Positions 52,400 to 64,000 of a stretch of 64,000 bases of DNA are shown here, piece by piece; position 1 is the stretch's first letter, and every line of letters starts with the position of its first letter. This DNA is from Octopus vulgaris (Eukaryota): assembly GCA_951406725.2 (NCBI GenBank), contig OX597831.1:28086001-28150000 (forward strand), given 5' to 3'. The notes beneath the pieces were generated by a model. It saw only the letters and a program-made list of their open reading frames with translations, made no database searches and was not told where the DNA came from. The position numbers and the translations under genes were made by a program.

Positions 52400-52614
52400 A
52401 TTTTTAATATAAAGTATGTCTGTATAGATAAAAGTGGATTTCTTCCCTCAGTTGGGTCTTATTATGAGCATACACTGCAAGAATATCATGTGGCCAGCAC
52501 TTATACAGAAGTCTGATACTCACTAAATAGTGCTGAGTATAAATGTTACTCAGATCTAATAAGGTACCTCGATTTAAGTACCTAATTCAACTGAATTGTA
52601 ATTCTATATATAAA

Positions 52615-53010
52615 TTCGGTGACTGGCAACCATGCCAGTGGAGCGCTAAGAGCACCATCCAAGCGTGATTGTTGCCAGAGCAGCTGACTGGCTTCCGTGC
52701 TGGTGGGACATGAAAAAACATTCGAGTAAGGTCTTTGCCAGTGCTGTTGGACTGGCTCCTGTGCAGGTGGCACATAAAAAACACCATTTGAGCATGGCCA
52801 TTACCAGTACTGCCTGACTGGCCCTCGTGCCGGTAGCACGTAAAAGCAACCACTACACTCTCAGAGTGGTTGGCGTTAGGAAGGGCATCGAGCTGTAGAA
52901 ACTCTGCCAGATCAAGATTGGTGCCTGGTGCAGCCATTTGGTTTGCCAGTCCTCAGTCAAATCATCCAACCCATGCTAGCATGGAAAGCGGACGTTAAAC
53001 GAATGATGAT
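52615..53010 (+). mobile_element. SINE-like family D
   Basis: Ends ccatgctagcatggaaagcggacgttaaacg(atg)n. Confidence 0.75.
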
Positions 53011-53600
53011 GATGATGATGATATATATATATACATATATGTATCATCATCATCATCATCATCATCATCGTTTAATGTCTGCTTTCCATGCTAGCATGGG
53101 TTGGACATATATATATATATATGTGGTGGTGGTGGTGGTGGTGGTGGTGGTGGTGGTGGTGATAGTCATGGTTGTTGATCATTGTTGTGGGTGTGGTGGT
53201 GGTAGTGGTTGTGGAGGTGTCAGTGTTGCTTAATTCTAGATCAGCCTTGACTAAGCAGATTTATGACCAAATTATTCCATCCTTGACCATCTTGCCTTTA
53301 ATTACAAAAAAGTAGGGTATAAACTGCAGAGTGGGAGGGGAGTGGATTTTGGCTGGTGTTTCTAACAGGTCAAACAGCTGTAATAGCAAGGATTATAGAT
53401 GTTGTTGATGTGATTGTGGTAAAGGTCAGTGTTGTTGTAGTATGGGTGTTGGTGGTGGTAATGGATGGTTTCATAACAATGGATTTAAAGCTGGCTTTGT
53501 TGTGGCTGAATTAGTTACACACACACACTCACACAAACAAGCACAAATGCACACACATTATATGTGTGTGTGTGTGTATGCATGTTAGTATCACTCCCCA

Positions 53601-53683
<83 letters not shown>

Positions 53684-54243
53684 CACTACCGTCAGAAATT
53701 AATTAGCACCCTTGATTTGCTCACCATGGTGGGGGTGGTCTGATGGTGTGAGGGGCGTTCAGCTACAGTGGTGTTGGGCGGCTCTATGCCGTCGAAGGCA
53801 ACATCAACGCAGCAAAGTACGTTGAGATAGTACGGGATACCTCTTTGGTGGCGAGGAGTACGTGCTGGCCAGTCACCTGACCTGAACCCTATTGAGAACC
53901 TCTGGAGTCGATTGGGTAGGGATTTGAATGTGCAGCAATACAGGAACCGACACGAGCTGTTTGGGGCACTTCTTGCTGCATGAGAGGCCATCCCTGCACA
54001 GTACCTACAGGCACTCATAGGCAGCATGCCGACCCGCGTAGCAGCTGTCATTGCTGCCAAAGGAGGTGCAACAAGATATTGACTAAATTTCACGATTAAT
54101 AACAATTATGTGGTGTGCTGGGATATGTTTTAATAAATTTTTGATTAAAAACGAGTTCGTTTCTGATAATAAGTTAATTAAATTAAGAAAATGTAAGAAA
54201 ATGTAGAAATTTGAGAAGTGCTAATTAATTTCCGACGCAAGTG
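53684..54243 (+). mobile_element. Internally deleted Tc1-like transposon
   Basis: TA TSD; TIRs cactaccgtcagaaattaattagcac / gtgctaattaatttccgacgcaagtg; HGGGGLMV, PDLNPIENLW, SMPTRVAAVIAAKGGATRY*. Confidence 0.92.
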
Positions 54244-54317
54244 TATATATATAGGATGCCATGTTAGATCGTTAGCTCCTACACGCATTTTTTTCTCTCC
54301 TTGTTTTTTTCTGTGTA

Positions 54318-54357
54318 TCTTTCTGTCAGGAAGAGCGTAGGCTCGAAACGTAAAAGA
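54318..54357 (+). ncRNA. Minimal hammerhead-like motif with corrupted CUGANGA
   Basis: ucuuu-cugucaggaa-gagc.guag.gcuc-GAAA-cg-UA-aaaga. Confidence 0.45.
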
Positions 54358-54453
54358 CATTTTCTATTTCTATTCCTGAGCGTTATACTAATACATTTGT
54401 TTGTTTGTACTCCACCTGCCTTCGTCTTTTGTTTATTTTCGTAAACTTACTCG

Positions 54454-54489
<36 letters not shown>

Positions 54490-54990
54490 TCGTCATCATC
54501 ATCATCATTGTGTAACGTCTGCTTTCCATGCTAGCATGGGCTGGACTATTTGACTGAGGACTAGTGAACCAGATGGCTGCACCAGGCACCAATCTTGATC
54601 TGGCAGAGTTTCTACAGCTGGATGCCCTTCCTAATGCCAACCAGTAGTGGGTGCTTTTACATGCCACCGGCTCAAGGGCCAGTCAGGCGGTACTGGCAAT
54701 GGCCATGCTCAAATGGTGTTTTTTTACGTGACACCTGCACAGGAGCCAGACCAGTGGCACTGGTAACGACCTTGCTCGAATGTTTTTTCACGTGCCACTG
54801 GCACAAGTGTCAGTAGGGCGACACTGGTAATGATCACACTCGAATGGTGCTATTTATGTGCCATTGGCACGGAAGCCAGTTAGCCGCTCTGGCAATGATC
54901 ATGCTCGGATGGTGCTCTTAGCGCTCTGCTAGCACAGATGCCAGTTATCAAATTTGATTTTGATTTCACTTGCCTCAATATGTCTTTGCA
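54490..54990 (-). mobile_element. SINE-like family D
   Basis: Reverse complement of 52615-53010. Confidence 0.75.
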
Positions 54991-55572
54991 AGCAATTATA
55001 TTATATTATATATTATACATTATATATATATATATATTTATATATGTATGTACATACATACACACACACATACATACACATACTCATACACACACACACA
55101 AGCATACAAACATACATAAATACATACATATGCACAGGAGTGGCTGTGTAGTAAGTAAATTGCTTACCAACCACATGGTTCTGGGTTCAGTCCTACTGCC
55201 TGTCAACTTGGGCAAGTGTCTTCCACTATAGCCTCGGGCCAACTAAAGTCTTGTGAGTGGATTTGGTAGACAGAAACTGAATATGTATGTATGTATCTTT
55301 GAGTGTGTTTGCATTTGTCCCCCACCACTGCTTGACAATAAATGATGGTTTCTTTTTCTTTTCTGTAACTTAGTTTGGCAACAGAAATGGATAGGCAAAG
55401 TTTTGCAGGACCAACAGAATAACTTTAAAGGAAAATATCGGTGTTGGGTTTGATTTGTTCAAGATGGGGGCTATAGCATGGTCACAGTCCAATGACTGAA
55501 ACAAGAAAAAATATAAGGTGGTGCTCCAGCATGGCCGCAATCATATGACTGAAACAAATAAAAGAATAAAAG

Positions 55573-55608
<36 letters not shown>

Positions 55609-55609
<1 letters not shown>

Positions 55610-56075
55610 GAGAAAAAGCTGCAAATATTGCAGCAAATACAAGTGTCCCGTACTCATCAGCTAAAACATATATGAGTTCTCCAAACATCCTAGTGGGTGA
55701 GGCTACACTCTGTGCATCATCATTAAAGAACTTTGGAAGTCCGCTTACAACCTAAATTTGTTTTTTATAGAACTATCTCCGATACTTCATGAGTGTAGCC
55801 TCACCCACTAGGATGTTTGGAGAACTCATATGTGTTTTAGCTGATGAGTACGGGACACTTGTATTTGCTGCAATATTTGCAGCTTTTAATAAAGCTTGTC
55901 TTTGTATGAAACAATTGTACTAAAAAAACTAATCCATTCTTGTTGCTTTTTTCTCGTTTATAATCACCCCACATTATTGTATGGTTAATACCATATAGTT
56001 TTCTGGTGCATCTAAGTTAAGTACCGCATTCAAGTGAATTCATTAGAACTGACTTGAATCTTAATTGGATTTACT
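55609..56075 (+). mobile_element. Fold-back Penelope-like remnant inserted in (TA)n
   Basis: 97-bp arms at 55614-55710 and 55791-55887; hammerhead in the right arm. Confidence 0.7.
55835..55925 (+). ncRNA. Type I hammerhead ribozyme with extended stem II
   Basis: uuuuag-CUGAUGA-guacgggaca...ugucuuuguau-GAAA-caauug-UA-cuaaaa: 6-bp stem I, palindromic stem III, GUA triplet (predicted cut after 55919). Confidence 0.78.
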
Positions 56076-56098
56076 GTATATATATATATATATATACT

Positions 56099-56420
56099 GT
56101 GAGGGCGCGTGGCTTAGTGGTTAGGGCATTCGGCTCATGATCGTAAGGTTGTGAGTTCGATTCCCGGCGACGCGTTGTGTCCTTGAGCAAGACACTTTAT
56201 TTCACGTTGCTCCAGTCCACTCAGCTGGCAAAAATGAGTTGTACTTGTATTTCAAAGGGTCAGCCTTGTCACTCTCTGTGTCACGCTGATTATCCCCGAG
56301 AACTACGTTAAGGGTACACGTGTCTGTGGAATGCTCAGCCAGTTGCACGTTAATTTCACGAGCAAGCTGTTCCGTTGATCGTATCAGCTGGGACCCTCGT
56401 CATCGTAACCGGCGGAGTCT
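56099..56420 (+). mobile_element. SINE family A (well-preserved copy)
   Basis: tggcttagtggtta A-box, gagttcgattccc B-box, CpG-rich. Confidence 0.88.
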
Positions 56421-56422
56421 TA

Positions 56423-56483
<61 letters not shown>

Positions 56484-57861
56484 ATCGTAATCATTAATGA
56501 ATACGTTTCCATGCTGGCATGGGCTGGACCAGACTACATATGTATATGTAAACCATTGTCATGTTTATTCACTTTTCTATGGATCAAGACAAGAAGCTTG
56601 CTTCCCAACCACATGGTTCTGGGTTCAGTCCCACTGCATGGTACCTTAGGAAAATGTCTTCAACTATAGCCTCAGGTCAACCAAAGCCTTATGAGTTGAT
56701 TTGGTAGACAGAAGCTGAAAGAAGCTCATTGCATATGTGTGTGTGTGTATCTTTGTGTCTGTGTTTGTGCCCCACCAACACTTGATACACAGTGTTGGTT
56801 TGTTTACATCCCCTTAACTTAGCAGTTCAATAAAAGTGACCGATAGAATAAGTACCAGTCTTAAGAAAAAAAAGAATTTACTGGGACCAATTCATCCAAC
56901 TAAAGTTCTTCAAAGCAGTGCCCCAGCTTGGCCACAGTCCAATGGCTGAAACAGATAAAAGATAAAAAATAGATAGATTGATAGACAAACAGATAGCCAG
57001 ACAGACAGATATACATGTACACACACGCTACATATACACACACATAAACACACACATATTTATACATACAGATATGCATTTGTATACACACATATACACA
57101 CATACACAGAAAAACACATACTCAGACATATATACTTACACATGCATATACATAGATACACACAACATTACACATTTTTAAACAAATAGACCAAAATTCT
57201 ATTCAAGAAGAAATATACTAGAGACCAATGTGTTTTGTTAAAGATCTAAATATAGTTCTGATATCCTGATATGGTTGATGTGATTATGATGGTAAATAAG
57301 CTTCTTCTATTGGTAAATGGTAAATGATTCCCAAGACTTGCTTCTATAGAACAAGCAACACTCATAATGTAGAAATTAGGTAATTTAATTTATTTTCTTC
57401 TTCAAAGTGGTTCTAACTACCATTTTTCGGGGGTGACTGGTGATCAATTTAGATTTCTCGCTTATTCTTTCGCACAGAGATAAATCAACCGTCTACTTTT
57501 ATAGACACACTCTTACCCAACCGCAGACTCACACAAAGTGCTTTCTCTCAAGTACGCACTTACATAAACATGCTCTCACACAGGAATACACACTCGCTCA
57601 AGCACACACACACACACAACAGACACATACACATATGCACATACATCCACACTCAAATACTCTCACACAGACACACAAGTACGCACACACATACACAGAA
57701 GCCTCTTACACAAGCAGACTGTCTGTCTGTCTGTCTGTTTGTCTGCTTGTCTCTGTCTGTCTGTTTGCTTGTATCTCTCCCTCTCTCTTTCTCACACGCA
57801 CAAATACGCACAAATACACACATTCACACACACACACACACACACTCACCACACACATCCT

Positions 57862-57895
<34 letters not shown>

Positions 57896-58499
57896 CACAC
57901 AAACACACACATTCACACACACACACATGCACAAACATACACACACACACACACACACACACAAGCAAGGTGTGTTAGAAAATGAGTTATAGAATTGTAA
58001 CCAGTAAAAAAAGAAACAAAGGAAAATGAAGTCAATTCTAAATTCAAGGAAGAAGAAAACAGCAATGGCGCTACCAATGGGGGGGGGGGGGGAGAAGAAA
58101 TGGAATAATATTGAGATCAATAAGTGATAGAAAGAAAAGGTACAACAGAATGTTCTCTTGTTGTTTTCATCATATTGATCTGGCGGCGCTATCTATTATG
58201 AACAGGGAATTCACCAAGATATGACTTTGCTGTGTATTCGTTCTTCAATCAACTTCGATAACATCAGAAGAATTTTACAGGATTTCATACCATTTATGAG
58301 CTGCATAAAATACAATGATACCATGAGCTTTGAGAATTGAATTTTATAGGAATAATTTCAAGAAAAGCTTTGGCTTTAGAGCTTTGGCAGACAAAAGCTC
58401 TCCAGATCAAGAAATTCAAAAAAAAGAAGAATTTGCTAAATTTGAGAGAATAAGCAAGGGAATGTTGAGTAATGACCAAAGGAACAAAAGGGTAAAGAG

Positions 58500-58828
58500 T
58501 AAAGACCCCCTTTGGTCACGACACTGACCATGGGATTGCACCTAGAAAGTTCCCCTCTGAGGTATAAGTCCAGGCAAGATTGTTTATGGCAGACCAGCAG
58601 GCGCCCATGCACACCAATTTCCTCTCTCCATGCCACTGATGTTATCCAAGGAAAAGGCAAAGGCTGATACAGCTTGGCATCAGTGATGGCACAGCTCACT
58701 CCCACAGATGAGTGAACTGGAGCAATGTGAAATAAAGTGTCTTGCTCAAGAACACAACTCACGGCCCAATGTGGGAACTGAACTTTCTAACCTCATGATT
58801 GTGAGCCCGATGCTCTAACCACTGAGCC
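58500..58828 (-). mobile_element. SINE (family A head, alternative tail)
   Basis: Reverse complement of 33500-33805. Confidence 0.75.
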
Positions 58829-58987
58829 AAAGAATACAAGAGGCTGCCAAAAGGATTTCAGTAGTTGCAAAGTGAGGTTCTTAACTACACAGCCATGCCA
58901 GCACCTATACATATGCACACACACACACACATACACCCCACCACACACACATATAATATGTATATATATGTATATATATATATGTAT

Positions 58988-59400
58988 AGGCGTAGGAGTG
59001 GCTGTATGGTAAGTAGCTTGTTTACCAACCACATGATTCCGGGTTCAGTCCCACTGCGTGGCACCTTGGGCAAGTGTCTTCTACTATAGCCTCAGGCTGA
59101 CCAAAGCCATGTGAGTGGATTTGGTAGACGGAAACTGAAAGAAGCCCGTCGTATATGTGTATATATATATATATGCATGGGTATGTTTGTGTGTCTGTGT
59201 TTGTCCCCCTAGCATTGCTTGACAACCGATGCAGGTGTGTTTATGTCCCCGTTACTTAGCGGTTCGGCAAAAGAGTCCGATAGAATAAGTACTGGGCTTA
59301 CAAAAGAATAAGTCCCGGGGTCGAGTTGCTCGATTAAAAAAGGCAGTGCTCCAGCATGGCCGCTGTCAAATGACTGAAACAAGTAAAAGAGTAAAAGAGA
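58988..59400 (+). mobile_element. SINE family B (well-preserved copy)
   Basis: Head tggctgtatggtaag, ggttcagtccc B-box-like, ccttgggcaagtg core. Confidence 0.88.
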
Positions 59401-60744
59401 ATATATATAAATATATATTTCAAAATATCACTGTTTGGTTTGACTTTGTTATTACAACTTATATCCTCCTCCTCCTCCTCCTCCTCCTCATCATCATCAT
59501 CATCATCGTCATCATCATCATCATTCAACGCTTGTTTTCCATGCTAGCATGAGTTCGATGGTTTGACAGAAGGTAGGTAGCCAGGGGAGCTGGCCAGACT
59601 CCAATTGTCTGTTACGGCGTGGTTTCTATGGCTGGATGCCCTTCCTGACATCAACCACTTTACAGAGTGTGCTGGGTGCATTTATGTAGCACTGGCACGA
59701 GTGCATTTATGTGGCACCAGCACCTGTAAAGGACAAGCCTGTATGTATGGATGGCAGTGATTTTACTCAGCTTCATACATCTTCTCAAGTACTTATATAG
59801 ATATAAAAATATATATATACATACATACATACATATATATATATACACACACATATTTGTACACACTCACATAAAGCATATACATATATATATGCATGTA
59901 TGTATTCTTTTATTCTTTTATTCTTTAACCTGTTTCAGTCATATGACTGTGGCCATGCTGGAGCACCGTCTGTAGTCAAACAAATCGACCCCCGGACTTA
60001 TTCTTTGTAAGCCTATAACTTATTCTTCTGGTCTCTTTTGCTGAACTGCAATGGGCTTCTTTCAGTTTCCATCTACCAAATCCACTCAGAAAGCTTTGGT
60101 TAGTCCGAGGTTATAGTAGAAGACACTTGCCCATATACATAATGGGCTTCTTCTAGTTTCCATCTGCCAAATCCACTCACAAGGCTTTGGTCAGCCTGAG
60201 GCTGTAGTAGAGGACACTTGCCCAAGGTGTCACATAATAGGACTGAACCTGCAACCATGTAGTTGGGAAGCAAACTTATTATCACTCAGCCATAAGCTTA
60301 TTTCCTAACTTAATTCCTGTAACCATGGTAACACCATCACTTGTTCAATACTGTCATCTTAGTAATTTCTCTGTCACACACACACACATGTATACATACA
60401 TATATGTGTGCGTGTGTGTGTGTGTGTATGTATTTGGTTAACAAGAGATGGAAGATGGAAGATACGAGAATTTTTATTAATCACTACAGTTGCTTCAACC
60501 ATTTAACATCAATCCCTCATGGGTGGGATACTTAACTGGTTCAGGAGCATCAGACAGAGCAGATGTTTCTCTTCGGGTGATAAAGAGATATTACTCATTA
60601 AAATAACAGTTTCGCAATGTATCTTCTCAGTCCACGCAAAGAAAAGCAGCAAATTAAAGGATATAGCTTCATTTATTCAGAAGATCAATAATAAAATAAC
60701 AAACAAAAAAGAAATGAACATACATACATATGTGTATATTTGAT

Positions 60745-61035
60745 ACGGCACTTTGGTCTAAAACACTTTCGTCTAAAAGCATTTTCTTCCAAAGACACTT
60801 TCATCCAAGCATTTTTGTCTAAAGATAAAAATGGTTATTAGAGTATAATTATTAAGATCTTTTACATTTTTTTTTGAGATTCTGTAGACAAAGTATTTAT
60901 TAGACCGAATGAGTTTAGACAAAAATGTCTTTATACTAAAAGGCATTTAGACAAAACTGTCTTTAGACCATAGTGTACTTATACAAAAGCCACTGTAGAC
61001 CAAAGTTCTTTAGACCATAGCACATTAGATGAAAA
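60745..61035. repeat. Fold-back MITE-like array of short TTAGAC/GTCTAA units
   Basis: gtctaa units on the left and ttagac units on the right. Confidence 0.55.
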
Positions 61036-61494
61036 ATCCTAGATCTGTATATATATATGTATATATATATATATACGCCTTGACTGGCACCAACCGATAG
61101 TGGCTGTTGCCAGCCTTGCCTGGCATGTAAAAAGCACCCACTACCCTCACAGAGTGGTTGGCGTTATGAAGGGCAGCCAGCTGTAGAAACACTGCCAGAT
61201 CAGATTGGAGCTTGGTTTAGCCTTCTGGCTTCCCAGACCCCTGTCGAACCGTCCAACCCATGCTAGCATGGAAAATGGACGTTAAACGATGATGATGATG
61301 ATATATATATATGTATGTAGAGACGCTACTGTTTTAAACTCAACTCACAGCTTTTCTGTTAATGTTCCGCCATGATTGGTTGGACATTCTTTTCTACTCA
61401 AGGCACAAGGCCTGAAGTTTTTGGAGAGGGGGCCAGTCAATTAGATTGACTCCAGTATGCAACTGGTACTTAATTTATCGACCCCGAAAGGATG

Positions 61495-62075
61495 CTCAAT
61501 GTACACACACCAAGTACTCTTATTCAAAGTACACACATAAATTATATTTGTCCTAAGTACTCTTAAGTACACTTGCTCAAGTACTCTTGCTCAAAGTACA
61601 CTTATTAAGTACACTTGCTCAAAGTACACACACCAAGTACTCTTACTCAAAGTACACACATTAATTACACTTGCCCTAAGTACACTTGCTCAAAGTACAC
61701 ACGCCAAGTACTCTTGCCAAGTACTTTTGCTCAAAGTACACACATTAATTATACTCGTCCTAAGTACACTTGCTCAAAGTACACACATCAAGTACTCTTA
61801 CTCAAAGTACACACATTAATTATACTTGCCCTAAGTACACTTGCTCGAAGTATACACACAAAATATGCATACTTAGTATACTTGCTCAAAGTACACACAT
61901 TAAGTACACTCGCCTTATGTACACATAGCAAGTACACTTGTTTAAAGTACACTCGCCTTATGTACACATAGCAAGTACACTTGTTTAAAGTACACATGCC
62001 AAGTACACTTGCCCTAAGTACACACCCCAAGTACACTTGCTCAAAGGACAAACACAAAGTACACAAACTCAAAAG
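61495..62075. repeat. Degenerate AAGTACAC(TTGCTC) minisatellite
   Basis: Dozens of aagtac motifs with higher-order repetition. Confidence 0.9.
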
Positions 62076-62638
62076 TATTTACAGAGACTACAGGAGAGGA
62101 GAAAGCTTCTTACTGTTGTTTACTAGATTTTGATTTTGGCCACAAGCCAATAATCCCTTAAGCTTTAATCACTTGGTATCTCGACAACAGCTAAAATGTA
62201 ATTGTGTCCAGCAAAAGAAATAATTTATTTGCACAAGAAAAAGGATTTCTTACAACTGATTATAAGATATATCTTGATTGTGCTCCACCTTGCTTATTAC
62301 TTTCATTTAGTTGCTGAGGAAATTTCATAATTTAATTGTGCAGTCATGGCTGTGTGGTATGATGATTGCTTCCCCCCAACCACTTGGTTCCTGGTTTAGT
62401 GCCGCTCTGTGGTATCACGGGCAAGAATCTCTTTCCCTATAGCCCTGGGCTGTCCAAAGTTTACAAGTAGATTTGGTAAATGGATTCTAAAAGAAGCCTG
62501 TTCTCTCTCTCTCTCTTTCTCTCTCTGTCTATCTACCTGCATGCCTGCCTGTTTGTCTGTTTTTGCCTGTCTAATAATCTTTCTATCTACCTATCTGTCT
62601 GCCTGCCTGCCTGCCTGCCTGTCTGCCTGTCTGTCTGC

Positions 62639-62706
<68 letters not shown>

Positions 62707-62725
62707 CTACCTGTCTGTCTATCTA

Positions 62726-62756
<31 letters not shown>

Positions 62757-62775
62757 GCCTGCCTGTCTGTCTGTT

Positions 62776-62809
<34 letters not shown>

Positions 62810-63169
62810 TTGATCTATCTATCTATAACTGTCTGTCTGTCTGTCTGTCTTTTTATCTATCTGCCTATCTTGATTATCATATGATAGTTGTAAATGAGTC
62901 ACTGTCGCATAGGCAATGTCATTCATTTCCAGTATCCTGAAAGAACATGTGAGACCATGCAGGAAACATTACTTTGCTTGGAAACAAGTGAAGGTTGGTG
63001 TCAGGAAATTAATCATCCATCTGTGGAACATCGGCCTCAACAAATTCCATTGACCCATGCAAGCATGGAAAAGTGGACATTAAGTGATAATGATGATGAC
63101 GATGATGATGATGATGGTGGTGGTGGTGGTGGTGGTGATGATGATGATAAAATGTAGCTCAATTAACAA

Positions 63170-63930
63170 AGAAGAGTATTAGCCTTGATGATATGCAGTT
63201 GGGTTTTGTGCCAGGGAAAAGTAGTATGGATGTTCTCTTTCTTGTGAGACAATGTCACGAGAAATATTTGAGTAAAGTAAACCACTATATTTATTATTTG
63301 CTGACCTGGAAGAAGTCTTCTTCAGCAAGGTCTCATGCTTCCTGATTTGCTAGTCACTGAGGAAGTTAGCTGGAGATGAATGGCTTTTGAGAGCCACACA
63401 AGTCATGTACAGAGGTGATGTTAATAAGTAAAGAATTAACAATGAGTACTGTGACAGATTCTGTGTTCAGGAAGGGACCCAGCAGGGCTCAGTTCTCAGT
63501 GCCCTTCTGTTTATTATAGCTGTCCAAGCTATAACAGAGGAGTTTAAAACTGGATGCCTTTAGGAACTGCTATACACTGATGACTGTTCTTTTAGCTGTA
63601 GTTGAATTAGAAAAGAAATTTCAGGGGTTGAAAATAAACTTGAAATTAAAAGGTCTCATAGTAAACTTAGCAAAGATTAATGTTTTAGTGAGTACGAAAA
63701 ACAAGCAGGACTCTGCTTCCACTTAGAAAATGGTCTTGCTTGATATGTAGAAAAGGAGTTAGTCAAAAATCCAGTTGGTGTACTCAGTACAAACTATGAA
63801 CACACAAAGTGTAGTGGTAGAAGGTCAACAGAACAAGTAAACTTCGTATGTGGCAAAAGCACAGGAACAATAAATGCTAAAAATGCATGAGAAGCAAATT
63901 TTCTCAAATGTCCAAGAGGATCGGAGGATG
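63170..63930 (+). pseudogene. RTE-clade LINE reverse-transcriptase fragment
   Basis: DMQLGFVPGKSSMD, LYLLFADLEE, QQGSVLSALLFII, ELLYTDD with stops and frameshifts. Confidence 0.9.
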
Positions 63931-64000
63931 CCCAGTGCTGTCTTAACCCTTTTGATACCAACCTGGCCAAAACCGCCTCTGGCTCTGTAGAACAAATGTC

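Noticed and set aside
56099-56175. tRNA genes
   Set aside because: The A/B boxes belong to multi-copy SINE heads followed by conserved bodies

Overview
AT-rich, repeat-dominated animal genomic DNA. The dense microsatellites and the tRNA-derived SINE families suggest a coleoid cephalopod such as Octopus; this is an inference and no database was consulted. Almost all ORFs in the supplied track are artefacts of (CA)n, (TACA)n, (TAGA)n, (ATT)n and (GGT)n tracts. I could not identify an intact host gene. Recognisable content: at least four SINE families, decayed mariner and Tc1 transposases, two oppositely oriented Merlin (IS1016/IS1595-like) transposase remnants, four non-autonomous Helitrons, piggyBac-like and other MITEs, R4/Dong-like and RTE LINE fragments, and 30-bp and 44-bp minisatellites. 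Two less obvious signals stand out. First, several short, mutually dissimilar fold-back elements carry type I hammerhead-ribozyme motifs typical of Penelope-like pseudo-LTRs; the best are at 55835-55925, 50954-51013 and 14395-14493. Second, an ATG-less frame at 44281-44538, absent from the ORF track, resembles a divergent Bcl-2 BH3-BH1 region once a 40-nt GT-AG intron is removed. Repeat boundaries were read by eye and are approximate unless termini or TSDs are quoted.
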